From assembly GCA_033442325.1 (NCBI GenBank), contig JAWQFM010000001.1:2145479-2209478 (forward strand): a stretch of DNA of 64,000 nucleotides, read 5' to 3'. The position numbers were made by a program, and so were the translations under genes. This DNA is from Salpingoeca rosetta. Lineage: Eukaryota; Protista; Choanoflagellata. The notes beneath the pieces are model-generated. The model was not told the DNA's origin. It saw only the letters and a list, made by a program, of their open reading frames with translations, and ran no database searches. Positions 1-29,308 of this stretch are shown piece after piece (positions within the stretch are counted from its first letter, which is position 1; the number at the start of each line of letters is the position of its first letter).

Positions 1-392
1 CAGTGAGTGACACAGATTGTGTGTGTGTGTGCGTGTGCGCGCGTGTGCGCGTGTAGGTGGGTGTGGGGAAAGAGAATACCCCCCAACACACACACACACA
101 CATACATTGAACACGCATCATCTCCAAGATGAACAACAGCACGCAGGTGCACACAAACACACACGCACACAATATCACTGGTCGCTGAGGGCGGTTTGTT
201 TGTGTTTGTGTATTGTGTACATGTGTTGGTGTGGTTGTCATTGTTGGTGTTGTTATCGTTTCAACAACGCCACTCTCTGCATTATACTGCCCTCCACCTC
301 CACCCCCTCCACACACGCCCAACACACCCAACACACCCTCTGTACTCACACGCCTTGCACACAGACACACCCGCCTTGCACAGCACACCAAC

Positions 393-428
393 CTTTTCCT
401 CGTCGGGGATGTCCTCGTCGTAGTCCAT
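393..428 (-). CDS. CAPZA: Probable first exon of F-actin capping protein alpha subunit (gene continues off the left edge)
   Basis: ATG at 428 gives MDYDEDIPDEEK followed by an AAG|GTTGGT donor. This resembles the CapZ-alpha N-terminus (MADFDDRVSDEEK-type). The following intron runs to position 1. Only 12 codons are visible. Confidence 0.5.
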
Positions 429-746
429 CTTCGTTGTTGCCTTTGGTTGGTTGTTGGTGGTGGATATGCAGGGCGAGCAGCAAATGCCTGTGCGAAACAT
501 ACACAATGCTTACTGGGCACAGAAAACTCCATAAAACCATCCACCAGATTTCCAGCGCCTCAGCCACCCCCAAGTTTGCCATTTGCGATGCTCTCCGCCT
601 CCTGCAATTTGCAAAGACCACCCCACACACCCCAGCAGGAAAAAGAAATCATCCAACACAAACAACAACAACAACGAAACGGCCGCACAACACAGCCAAC
701 AACAGCCAAGCGAGTGCGTGAGGAACCGCCTGCCGTGTTCGCCGAG

Positions 747-6840
<6,094 letters not shown>

Positions 6841-6875
6841 TGGGATACCGCCAAACCCGGGAGCTGATTGCTCAC

Positions 6876-6930
<55 letters not shown>

Positions 6931-7509
6931 TGTGTTTGTGTGTTTGTGTGTGTGTGTGTTTGCTTGTGTGTTCGTGTAAGCTGTGTGTGTGTGTGTGTGT
7001 TGAGTTCATTTTGGTCGTTCGTGCGTATTCATGTCACTCCGTTTTACATGCGCGTACTTACTTGTTCGTTTCACTTGTGCCGGTACAGTTTCTGTCAGTG
7101 TGCGTGTCTCTTGATGTATCTATCCATGTGTTCGACCACATTTTCGTTGCTTTCCTGTGGCCATTTCATGAACACAGGCGAGCGCCCATGTTTGCATGTC
7201 AACTTTTCTCGGCCTTGTCCGCTCTGCGTGTTGTCATCTTGTTGCCACTGCTTTTTTTTTTTTTCCTGGATGCTATCACTCAGGCTGTTATCGTTGTGCA
7301 TTCATTCGCTGTTCCTTGGTGTTACTCATTTACTTGTGTTCAAATAGCAACTTCCCCCTTTTCCCTCTCCCTCCTCTGGCTTGATGCTTTCTCTCGTCAC
7401 GTCCGTGTTGTTCGCGAGTTCCCTCCCCCTTCCTCCTCTGACAGACGACCACGCCACTAAACAGGGCGTTCGCTTGAAGCACGCAGCCGTCGCAAAGCAG
7501 TGATGACCA

Positions 7510-8658
7510 CTACCTTGGTAGGCTGTCAACAACAAGACATGAGGGTGTGCGCATGGCGGGAGTTTGTTGTGAGTGGCTGTCCGTCAATCAGAGAACGCAC
7601 ACAGCAGCAGGAGCAAGCGTGACGGTTAGTGTATTGGCTGCAACACAGCTGGAGCCGTGCATACCTCTGAAGTTGTGCAAGGCAGTCGCGGGAATCGTGG
7701 GAGTTGGAGAAGAACAGCCCAAACACTGCAACCACAAACGAAGGCGTGTGTAAAGTGCGGTGGTGGTGGTGGTGGTGGGGGGGGGGAGAGGAAGAAGCAA
7801 GGAGAAGCATATGGACAGGAAGAGGAGAAGAACGTGAATGAGGGAGCCAGCAACCAACAAATCACGAGCCACAAGCAGCAGGTACCAGCAAGCATTGACA
7901 GACAGCACATTGCAGCAGAGGCACAGCTAGCTTGTGCACAAGCAAGTAACATGCTCGCATGCATTGTACGTACCTTCTCCAGGGTGTGCAGAATCCTCCA
8001 GGTCAATGCGCGGATGCTGGTCGTCCAAGTGCACCTGCGTGTCTGGGACAATGTGATACACCCAGTATCTGCCCTCAGTCCTCCCCAACAGCACCAGCAC
8101 GTACGTCGTTGGGTTGGTGCTCCTACGAGACACAGTGCATACGCAACAGGTGAGCCGCGATTGCTTGATCTTCGGGAAAGGCACATATGAGAGCTGTTGA
8201 GAGCACTCATCAAGTACATGGAGCCGTTGGGGTTGCAACCACGCTGACTGGAGATCTAACCTGCGACACAAGAAGAGCTTTCCGATGGGTGCAGGATTGC
8301 TTGTCTGCGAAGGGGATGCGTGGGAAGCAAAGGAAGCGTGAGTCTGGAGTGTGTGTGTGTGTGTGTTTTGGGTGTGTGTGTGATTGCATAATTGTGTGTG
8401 TGTGTGTGTTTTGGGTTGTGTGTTTGTGTGATTGTATAATTGTGTGTGTGTGTGTGCTAGGGTGTGCCCTGGTTGGATGCGCGGGTGTGTTCCTGTGCTC
8501 ATGTGCATCATGTTAATGTGGCCTTGCCGTACCCATGAGTTTGTTCGAACCGTGAACTTGTACAGGGCAGCCTTGTTTGCTGGTCGGTACAAAACCTTGT
8601 CAATCTCACTGTCAATGCCTTTCAAGTACTTTAACGTGTGGATTTCCATCTGCTCCAT
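7510..8658 (-). CDS. DCP1: Dcp1-like EVH1-domain protein (mRNA decapping activator family), about 135 aa
   Basis: Exons 8658-8533, 8304-8261, 8122-7974, 7725-7665 and probably 7522-7510 join in phase. They give ..LKYLKGIDSEIDKVL..AALYKFTVRTNSW|TSNPAPIGKLFLCR|RSTNPTTYVLVLLGR..|VFGLFFSNSHDSRDCLAQLQ, which is collinear with the Dcp1 pattern (LQRHDPYI..VALYTF..NEW..EGTLFVY.R..IYGIWF..EC). The last exon is uncertain. Confidence 0.65.
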
Positions 8659-8665
8659 CTTCGTA

Positions 8666-8771
<106 letters not shown>

Positions 8772-8907
8772 GATGTGTTTGGACGTTGTCTTCGCGATGT
8801 GTTGTGCTGTGTCCTCTTCGTTGCTCGTTTGCCGAAAAGTAAAGGAAAATTTCCACGATTTCTCCACAACCACACCGAGCCAACACCACGTCCAGCACCC
8901 TGCAAAC

Positions 8908-13167
<4,260 letters not shown>

Positions 13168-13583
13168 CCGATGCGCTCTTCCCTTCACGTTTGTTCTGCG
13201 CCAACAAGTTGGCTTGCTCACATGACTTGTGTCGTGTTGGAATGGGCTGTGTGAGTCCATTTGCTCGTGGCACTCACAATGATGATGGGTGGTGATGATG
13301 ATATATTCGAAGCACTTTGGTTTGAGGCATTTCACAAATAAAGAGAACACTCCTGTTTCCAGGTAAGCAGTACAAACCGCCCAAAGCAAGTGTGCACCAG
13401 TGTACTTACTGCTGGAGAAGGTACGAACACGACACAGTCGAAGACACGGGGCGGGGCAAGCCATCCACGCAAAACAGCAAATGAGCGGGGAAAGTTCGGA
13501 TGTGATGTTGGGGTGGGGGGCTTGCCCTTTCGGCAGGCAAGCAAGCTAGCTGGCTAACTGTCCGTTGCTGTTCTGTTGCAAGG

Positions 13584-15029
13584 TTACGCCTCTGTTTCTT
13601 CCATTGATTGGCGTCGGCGCAGTGCGGCGCTCGTTGCCTGCAAGCAAAGACAAGACCCCGAAAAATAAATGGTCAGCGCTGTAGCATTAACATTCAGATC
13701 ACGCAAGTCTGTGCCTCTCTCATGCCCCAGGTTACACGCACACATGCACGCACGCACGCACACACGCACGCACGCACACACATGCATGCACACACACACC
13801 CTAGCGCTGTGACTTGCCTGGTTACTGTAAGGTGCTGAGAATGTGGGATCGTTGATGTCCAAACCACAGACCACGGCGGGCAGAAAGTCTGCCTCAAGCG
13901 GTTCCTCGAGTGGCGTGCGAGACCGCAACAGCCTCTCTTCCGAACCATCATCATCAAGGCCATCATCGCTGGGATAGTTCAGTGATGAGGATGCACGTCG
14001 CAATCCGCGCAGGCGCGTGTCGTTTTCGTCACGCAAGCGCTCGTGACTGTGATATGACGTGTCAAGCAACGCGGTGCTGCTGCTGTCGCTGCGACTCGTG
14101 GCTTCGCCAGCGCTCCTTCCAGTGTGCTGCCCGTGAGCGCGGTAGTGGTGGTGGCTGTGGATCGTTGGGTGTGGTGCCGTGTAGGCAGTTGAGAGGCTGG
14201 TGCGCGTACCGTTTCGACTGCCAAGCGGTGGCGGTAGTTGTGGCTGTGGCGAGCGTGGTGGGTGCTGGATGCTCTCGCGAGATGCCTGGCCGGACGGCTG
14301 GCGGGACCGGGTGCGGAAGCTCTGGCGCAGGGATGCAGATATGACGTCCACGTCGTTGCGGAACGAGGACTGCAGAGCATTGGATCGAGACAGGTTGCGG
14401 CTCACGGGCTTGCTGGCCCTGTTTGACGAGGATGAGGACGAGGAGGTGTGTACCACGCGTTGTTGATGTTGTTGATGTTGATGTTGATGTTGCTGCTGCT
14501 GCTGTGGATATGGCGGTGGTGTTGCTACGGCTTGTCTTGGTGGGGGTGATGTTGTTGGCGTTGCTGCCAGTGCTGTGTGTAGCATTGGCCTATCCATGGA
14601 TAGGACGCCGGGGCGAGAAGAGCGACCGGGCAGCAGTCCAAGCTGTCTGTGCTGGTTGTGTTGCGATCGTGGTGCATATTGCTGCTGTCGGTGACAGTGC
14701 TGTTGCTGGTGGTAGTGGTGGTGGGGCTGGTTGCCAGAGGAGCGGTAGTGGAGTGGGGAGGATGTGCCTGGCTTGGTGTGTTGTGCGCCGCGTGAGTTTG
14801 CGTGGTTCACGGTCTGGCTCTCCTCTGTCACGTAGCTTGCAGTGTCATCTGAGTACAGTTGCGATGCCGAGCGTGATCGGGGCTCTGGCGCAGTGACGCT
14901 GCTGCCGTGGTCCTCACGCAGAAGCGTCTCTGTAAGGCTGCGCGTGAACTTTGTCATGACATGGTTACTCAGGACGGCTCTGTTTCGCACGTCGAGCGCT
15001 GCCAGTGACTCGCGCGAAAGTCCGCGCAT
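13584..15029 (-). CDS. Hypothetical low-complexity S/R/Q/H-rich protein
   Basis: Long open frame from MRGLSRESLAALDVRNR (ATG 15029). A probable GC-AG intron at 13817-13638 precedes a last exon ATSAALRRRQSMEETEA*. No recognised domain. Confidence 0.6.
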   Translation of the reverse strand: MRGLSRESLAALDVRNRAVLSNHVMTKFTRSLTETLLREDHGSSVTAPEPRSRSASQLYSDDTASYVTEESQTVNHANSRGAQHTKPGTSSPLHYRSSGNQPHHHYHQQQHCHRQQQYAPRSQHNQHRQLGLLPGRSSRPGVLSMDRPMLHTALAATPTTSPPPRQAVATPPPYPQQQQQHQHQHQQHQQRVVHTSSSSSSSNRASKPVSRNLSRSNALQSSFRNDVDVISASLRQSFRTRSRQPSGQASRESIQHPPRSPQPQLPPPLGSRNGTRTSLSTAYTAPHPTIHSHHHYRAHGQHTGRSAGEATSRSDSSSTALLDTSYHSHERLRDENDTRLRGLRRASSSLNYPSDDGLDDDGSEERLLRSRTPLEEPLEADFLPAVVCGLDINDPTFSAPYSNQASHSARVCVCMHVCACVRVCVRACMCACNLGHERGTDLRDLNVNATALTIYFSGSCLCLQATSAALRRRQSMEETEA

Positions 15030-15318
15030 GCCAGCGCTTGGTGGATGCAGGCTTCCGCTGCTCGTCCTGTCGGTGGGTGTTTGAAGATGGAAGTGATATA
15101 TGTGGTTTGCGCAGGCAAGTGAATATGCGTGGGGTGGAAATGGGCGTCTGTAAATCGGAGTCCGTGAATGCAAGTCTGTGATTGAAACAAGACTGTCGGC
15201 GAGTCGGTGAACGAGAGAGTGAAACGAGACTGTGCACATGTGAGCGTGAGCGTGAGTGTGAGACGTGCCCAGCAACATAATGGCGGCACTTCCAACTACA
15301 CTTCTATTGCTGAGGTTC

Positions 15319-16195
15319 TTACGGTAGTGGACGCTGCGCGTGTGGATTGCCAAAGCCGTCGTCGGGGGCGTGAACCGTCTCTGGCAGCAGCTCAGAGCTG
15401 TGAACTTCCTGGAAGACCTCAGACCCCCGCCGAGACCCATGTTTCTTCATCGCCTACATATCAGGAGATGAACGTTTGTGTGAGTAGTGATGTGACGGCA
15501 ACGAGGGAGCGATGGCACAGACGACGGGTAGAGTAGCTCAAAGAGCTGCAGCACATGCAACTGCTGAATTGGATCTTAAGAGCACAAGCACACTCTATTG
15601 TACGCCAACGACCACACGATTCAGGTTGTGAGTGACTATCCAGTTGCTTGCAAGCAAGCGAAAGCAGGCAAAGGAGCTGGTATGCAAGCAGACAAGCAAG
15701 ACGACGGACCAGTTCGTTTGCCTTTCGGATGGTTGCGCGCATATCTCCATTCCGTCGCCTCTTCCAGGGCGACGCGCTTGCCTGCTCCGCTGCGGCGCGC
15801 TCGCGCTCGCGTCGCTTGCATCTTGAGCGCAGCAGCAGCCAAGCAATGAGAATCAGCAGGCCGCCTGCAATGGACGCGCCAAGGATGATGGCCAGCATAT
15901 CCGTGCTCAGGGCAAACGTGTCTGCGTTGCCTTGCACAAGATAAAGTACAGGTGTACAGATGTGTGACGGTGTGTGTGTGTGTGTGTGTGTATGTGTGTG
16001 TGCGTGTGTGTGTGTGTGTGTGTGTTTGTGTCGTCCGACTCTCTGTGTGGTTTCTAAAAGTGCAAGGACTCGAGGACTCGAGGACTCGGATGATCCACCA
16101 ACGGTGAGCGGCAACAGCCTGCTCTAAACGCTGGTGCATTGGGTGCATTGTGTTGCTCTCACACACACATACACACGCACACACATGCACACACG

Positions 16196-16276
<81 letters not shown>

Positions 16277-16323
16277 GTATCGGGCTCCGCCGTTGGCGCT
16301 GCAGGGGATGGCGCAGTCGACAT
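15319..16323 (-). CDS. Small single-pass membrane protein (about 135 aa, no signal peptide)
   Basis: Three in-phase exons give MSTAPSPAAPTAEPDTG|NADTFALSTDM-LAIILGASIAGGLLILIAWLLL-RSRCKRRERE..KANEL|AMKKHGSRRGSEVFQE..QRPLP*. A hydrophobic helix is followed by a basic stop-transfer sequence. The choice of first exon is inferred. Confidence 0.6.
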
Positions 16324-16870
16324 GGCTGCTGCGTCGTCGTGGTGGTGGGGTGAAGTGTGGTGGGCGCGAGCGGTGGTGGTGGTGCTTCATTGGTGGTGTT
16401 TTGCTATCTGTCACTGTGGCACGCCTTCGAGGCAGCGAAGTGCGCCCTCAAGAATTTCGTCAGGAAACTTGTTTCAGCCACCAGACGTTTGCCTGCAAGA
16501 AGCAAGCATTGCCTTGACCTCAGCACCTCACCATCAGCACCCCCCCCCCCACGTGGCGCGGACATTTGCGATTGATGTATGGATATGCGCACGAATAAGC
16601 CAAACAAAGCAAGCAATCTACTAGAGAGACAGAGAGAGAGAGCCCCAAAGATCAGGTTCACAGACAAAGAGGAAAATGATGAGGTAGAATGTCACATGGC
16701 ATCATGGATGTCAACAAACTAACGGGGAGGCACATGCGAGCGCACGGTGGTTTCTGTATGTGTGTGCGTGTGTGTGCTTCGTGTGTGCATATGTACATGT
16801 GTGACATGTGTGTGCATGACAAACCGATGCAAGTGAGAGCGCGCGGTAAGACTGCGAGAGCAGCATGTGC

Positions 16871-16908
<38 letters not shown>

Positions 16909-17277
16909 TGTGTGCGTGTGTGTGCAGAGGGCCAAGCAGATGAGGGGGGGGGGAGAAGGGAGAAGGGTCAGCAGAAACGCAAGCTATACACTAATGGACA
17001 ATGGTCAACATGCACCAGGATAGACACAGAACAGGGGAAGGACAAGGTGCGCCAGCACACGAACACGCACACAGGCACAGGAAGAGAAGAAATGTCTAGG
17101 TAGGCAGCTGACGACACAAGACCGGAAGCAACACTCAACGGTGGCAAAAGCCCCGCTTGTAACACCGCGAGACAAACCGACAATCAGGACTCCATAGTCA
17201 GGCAGGAATGTGCACTGTAGTAAAGCTGACCCAGTGAGTAAGACAACAGTCACGGCCACAAAACACTGCACAATCAC

Positions 17278-17355
<78 letters not shown>

Positions 17356-17410
17356 CGTCACCACCATCACCACTGCCGGCTCTGCTGCGTGTCGCCATGT
17401 AACAACTGCA

Positions 17411-20178
<2,768 letters not shown>

Positions 20179-20515
20179 GGTGTTTGGTGGGTGGGTGCGG
20201 TCGCCTGCAACGCTATGCGCTTGTGCGTGTGGCTTGTTGCCCACAACGACGCCTAGCCGATACTAAAAGGAGGCCACGCCACTCGAACCGATGATTTGGT
20301 ATGCTGCTGCTCCAATGGAAAGACCCAGCGCGAAACGCTTGCTGTTCTTTCCTGTCTGGGAGGTAAAGTAAACACGTAAACCACAACGGTGTGTCAGCAG
20401 AAGAAACGAACGAGCACCACACACAACACCTGCACTGCCAACCCGTGCAGTCCCATCGACCAAAACGTTGCGTGTGCGTCAAGGTGATGGAGCTTGTCAA
20501 CGTACTTGTAGCTGC

Positions 20516-20563
<48 letters not shown>

Positions 20564-20834
20564 TGTTTGCCGTTTTGCTTTGCTTCTCACTTGTTGTTGT
20601 GGGGTGCTGCTGCTGATGCTGGCTGGGAAGAAGGGGAGGCGCGGTTGGTGGTGGTGGGCGTGGGCGCTGATGAGCAATCATGTAAGTTATCACTCAAAAT
20701 TCTACAACGAGACCACCCGCTGGCTTCGCGCACGCAAGCAAGCGAACAAGCGAACAAAGAAGGAAGCACACAGCCAAGTGTTTGTGGGAAGGTGTATGTC
20801 CGCTCCGTGTGCGTGTGCTCTTGTACGGACATCA

Positions 20835-20870
<36 letters not shown>

Positions 20871-21400
20871 TCTGTGCCTGTGTCTGTGTCCGTCCCTGAG
20901 AAAGCAGCCACGCATGCGTGGTGCATGTAAGGTCACAGGGCAAGGGAAACCCAGAAACCCTGCCGCGCCAGCCAACACACACCAATGCAAAGGGGCGCAA
21001 AAGCGGACGTAGGGTTTCATGAAAGTTTTCCATGAATTTTCGCTCCTTGGCGAACAACAAGCGCGTTGTTGTTTGGGCGCAAACACAGCAGCAAACCACA
21101 CACTTCGCTACAACCAAACAACAACCACGACAGCCAACCAACCCGTCTCGCATTCTTCCTCTTCCTTCTTTGCCCGCTTCTTCTTGTGACATCTTCCAAC
21201 CAACCAACCAACCAACCAACCCTCCTTGCCCACCGCCGTCGCTGCTGCTGTTGTTGTTGCTGTGCAGCCACCAACCAGCCCCGACACGACACCTATCGCT
21301 CCCCCTCGCTCGTTCGCACGACACATACACCGCTGACCCTAGCAGGCTTCATCGACTCAGACCACCTTGTTTTCGTTCCTCCACCCTCCCCAACTACGCC

Positions 21401-24835
<3,435 letters not shown>

Positions 24836-25847
24836 ATTGAAGCTGGCACGACTTCCCTTTCGCCCAAACACACCCTGAAGGCTGTCTTCTGCTCTCCCCG
24901 TCCCTCACCTTCCCGCCAACACCATCTGCTTCCTTCCAAACTATCTCGCCCTTGCGTGTTGTGTCTTGACTGTTGCCCACAGTGTGCGCATGTTCGCCAC
25001 AGACACGTGTGTCCATGTATGTACGTTCCCCTGTCGCAATGCGAATGGCGGCTCGCACCCTATTTTGTTTTTGTTTTTGTTTGGTTCCTTGAATCTCCAC
25101 TGCCGTTGTTTGTCCGACCAGCAAGTGGTGTAGCTGAATGCGTTTGTTTGTTTGTTTGTTTGTTTGTTTGCTTGTTTGCTTGCTTGTTTGTTTGTTTGTT
25201 TGTTTGTGCGCGCGCGTTGCTACTGGTGCTGCTGTTCTCGCATTCGCATTTGAGTTGCGACTGAGTTCTCATTGTCGTTCGTGTTGCTGGACCACCACCT
25301 CCACCACCTCCGCCCTTTTCTCGTGCGCAACTTCGTGTGCGTGCTTGTGCATGTGTCTGTGCCCTTGTTTGCGTCGTCGTCGTGTTGTTGATTCAACCCC
25401 CCCCCCCCCCTTTCACCACCATGCTTAGCGCGTTTGGTGCTTGTGTTTTGTGGTTTCGCTGTGATGCGGTCTCTGCCCTCTGCCCTCTGCAATGACTTTT
25501 TGTGCTTTGCGTCTTTGCTTCTTGAACTTGATCACGTGTGTGTGTGTGTTGTCTCGTGCCGTCAAGCTAATAGACTTCTGTGAATGAGCAAGGGCGTGAC
25601 AGCAGAGTGCTGGCAACATGCGTGTGAATTTGTCTTCTTCTGCAATGCAAGCATGGGGCAAAGGAGGCGCGGGTGGGTCTGTTCATGTACAACTGCCAAA
25701 ATGTATTCAAAGCACATCCACAGTCCAACCCCAAGCCACAAACAAATGCAACACAAACAAACGAACGAACAACTGCAGGCGCGCGTGTATGTGTGCGCAC
25801 ACATGATGGACAAAACACGAACAAACACTCAAAACATGCATGCAGAG

Positions 25848-27393
25848 TCACGAGGATAGCTTGAGCTGAGTGTGCGAGGAAACAGATTGCGAGAGAGAAC
25901 TCTTGAGAGAAATGGAGGTTGACGTGGTCAAGAAAGCAGATGGCTCATCTGAGGATGACGATGGTGACGACAGCGTTGCTGATTGTGCATCGGCAACAGC
26001 CACGGCACTGGAAGGGTTGTACATGCTAGGCCGTGAGTTGGATGCGCCCACGTATTGCTGGTGTGATGGAGGCAGAGAGTAACCGAGACCACCACTCGTA
26101 TTGACTGTGGCTGGGGTGTTTGCTCCGCTATTTCTCGCAGGGGGCACCAGTGGTTGCACTTGCTCGTCCCCAATCTCATCGCAGGAATCATCGTCGTCTT
26201 CGAGATCATCACCAGAGCTGCCTTCACATCCAACAATGCCACTGCCGTGAGCGTTGCTGCTGCTGCTGGTGCTGTTGCCGGTGCTGTGGGTGGAGTGTGC
26301 AAAATTGTTGGTGTTGGCTGGCGCCAGCGAGAATGCATCAGCCAAAGGGTTCACGGTGGCCCCGCCTGTTTCAAGCTTCAGCTCTGCCAACAGTGAAAAC
26401 TCTGGGGCTTTTGTTGAGGCTGTTGATGCTGTTGTGAGTGCAGTTGTCTCCATGCCTCCTGTAGCCGCTGTGGTCGCTGCTGTGTACTTCTTCGTTTGTG
26501 CTGGCGAGGATGGAGGAGTGAGCAAACGCGCAACAGATGGTCGAAGCACCAGCGCAGGCGTCTTCCTCGCCCCATCTTTTGCTGTCGCTGTTGCTGTTGC
26601 TGTTGGCTCTGTCGCTGTTGTTGGTGGTACTGTTGATGTTGGTGCTGCTGTTGGTGTCAGTGGCGATGCTTGCGGCTTTGGTGGCGCGTGCGATCTGGGG
26701 TTGAGGGCCTCTGCTCGACGAATGGCGGCGTTGTGTGGCGAACGTGCAGCCACTGGCTCGAACACATCAACGCTGGCTGTTGTCGTGGTGGTGATGTCCG
26801 CCTTGTTGGGGGTGAGCTGAGCATCGTTGATGCCAACCTCCACTGTCAGTGCGCAGTGCTTCAGGGGCTGGTCGTGTTCGGTTCGCAGCAGCAGGCGCGT
26901 GCAGTCGCGTGTCAGCGCCGTGATGGCAATCGCCGTCTGGCCCAGCACAGGCCACCTGCTCACATCGTCATGGGCCGCTGCTGCCTGTGCGGTACCTGCA
27001 TCCGGCTCATCCCCGAGGTGTTGGCGCCCATGTGACTGCGATCCGGTATTGCGCTTGCTTTGATGTGAGGGTTTCCCTGTCGCTCGTGTGGAAGCAGGGG
27101 ACACCCGCACCACAAGGAGAAGGCAGGCCAGTTCAGGGTAGCGGACATGGCAGTGAAATGCGGGCACGTTGAGCTGAAACACATCACCACTGCCGGTGCC
27201 GCTTTTCGCCCTCCCACGGTTGCTGCTACTGCTGTTGTTGCTGAGCGCGATGCGTTGCAGCACACGTGTTCGTGCTTGATCACAGGGTGCGCCCATCACA
27301 ACAGCTTCCACAGCAACTTCGACCCCTCGCGCATGCTTTGACACATGCGCGTCATGTTCTCCGCTGCCGTCGTCCTGCTGTCCTTCCCCTTGA

Positions 27394-27428
<35 letters not shown>

Positions 27429-28976
27429 GTAGTGCTGCTGCTGCTGTTGCTGTTCATGATGCCCGCCTTCACGCTCAGACTTTGAGGTTGCGTGCTTCCA
27501 TTGTCCGTTTCGTGTCAACAGCGCGGCGTGTGGCGGCGGCAAGAACGTCGCTGGCACTGGCACATATGGTCGCAGGTAATGTCGATCGAAGGTGGCTTTG
27601 CCTGCCTGTTTATCGTGGCTGTGCTGCTGCTCACTGTGGTGCTTGTGGTGGTGGTGGTGGTGGTGGTGGTGGTGGTGGTTGCTGTGTCTGTCGTGGTGGA
27701 GAGTGCCATGACGCTGTAGCGTGAGGTGCTGGCGCTTCAGCTGTTTGCGGTGGCGAGCGAGCAGCTTGAGCACGCGCCGTCTTGATACGGCCAGGCCCTG
27801 CACCTGGATGGTGACGTGCTGCGGTGGTGCTTTATCCGTCATGTCAGTGTCTGTCGCTGCTCGAGCTGTTGCTACAGCATCTGTGTCGCCAGTGGTGCCT
27901 GCGGCAGCCGGCAGGGCGTGGTCACTGCCACCAAAGAGGTCACAGCGAATCACTTCTGTTCGCAGGCACTCTGGCTTGAGCACGTACCCTGCCCCGCCAT
28001 TGTGGGTGCGGAAGTAACCGGTTGTTGCCCACACGCTCTCATCTGCGTGCGGAAGGTGCAACGCCGCCAGCTGCACGCCTTGGTGCATGAGGGTGATGGG
28101 AGATGCGTGGGGTGCGCCAACGCCAATGTCGTCGGGGCGCGCGAGAACGAGGTGGCGGTGCGCATGTTCCATCATGCTGGATGCTCCGTTGCGCGTGTGC
28201 TTCTCCAGCTGCTTGTACGTGAACTCTGTGGCTGCGTGGGTGGCGGCAAATCTGCTCCCGTACAAGCTCTTGAATGTGGTGAAGTCGAGGTAGACGAGGC
28301 GCTTCAGCTCGGGCGGCAGGCCGCGGTACCGCCGCCGGCCCAGCCCGTTGTCGCGGTGCACAAGGACCACCTTGTGCATGAGTTCCTGCGGCGTGTGCAG
28401 CGTGGTGGCCGGGCCCGAGGGGACAAAGAGAAGGTCGCCCAGCTCTTCCTCCAGGACGCGTGCCTGTGCCTTCATGCTGCGGTAGGAGCTGTAGTCGTCA
28501 ATGAGGAGCAGGAGCGGGTAGCTGCTGCGCTCGAAGGCGCATTCCCGAACCGCGGCCACGCAGGCGCGAAGGCTGATGGGCTTGGCGGCGTGCGCGACGT
28601 GAAACACCACGGGCTCGCTGGAGGTGAGCGGTGACATGTAGGAGAGCCAGCCGGGAGGGCGATCGTGGACAGCGAGGTGGATGCAACGCGCGTTTGTGGT
28701 CTGCAGGACGCGTCGTAGCGCAGCCGTGCTCGGCGTGCCTTTGATAACAGCGTTTGCATCCACAAAAGCGTTCCACGCCGTGAAGATGTAGTAATGGGAG
28801 AGGGGCTGCGTCATGTCATCCAAATCACACGTGACGATGTCTTCAGCTGGATCGCCAGTTCTAGCTGCTGCTGCTGCTGCTGTTGCTTGTGGTGTGGTGG
28901 TGTGGGAGGACGCCCGGTCCACTGTCTCTTGCGCCGCCACAGCAGCAGCCGTCATTGTTGAAGCGCTTGATCCCAT
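25848..28976 (-). CDS. Intronless PI-PLC-like protein (X, Y and degenerate C2 regions), predicted catalytically inactive
   Basis: X box DMTQPLSHYYI..RCIHLAVHD..EPVVFH..AFERSSYPLLL..ELGDLL..PQELMHKVVL. Y box PELKRLVYL..GVQLAALH..NGGAGYVLKPECLR. C2-like VRYPELACLLLVV..LGQTAIAITAL. Single 1042-aa ORF. Confidence 0.88.
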
Positions 28977-29070
28977 CTGTGTGTGAGTACGCGTGGGAGT
29001 GTGTGGGGGGGAGTGAGTGTGGGAGTGTGTGAGTGAGTGAGTGAATGTGAGCGAGTGAGTGAGTGAGTGA

Positions 29071-29107
<37 letters not shown>

Positions 29108-29208
29108 TGAGTGAGTGAGTGTGTGAGTGAGTGAGTGAGTGAGTGAGTGTGTGAGTGAGTGAGTGAGTGAATGTGAGTGAGTGAGTGAGTGAGTGTGTGT
29201 GTGTGTGT

Positions 29209-29308
29209 NNNNNNNNNNNNNNNNNNNNNNNNNNNNNNNNNNNNNNNNNNNNNNNNNNNNNNNNNNNNNNNNNNNNNNNNNNNNNNNNNNNNNNNNNNNN
29301 NNNNNNNN
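29209..29308. other. Assembly gap (100 N)
   Basis: Run of n within a microsatellite. Confidence 1.
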
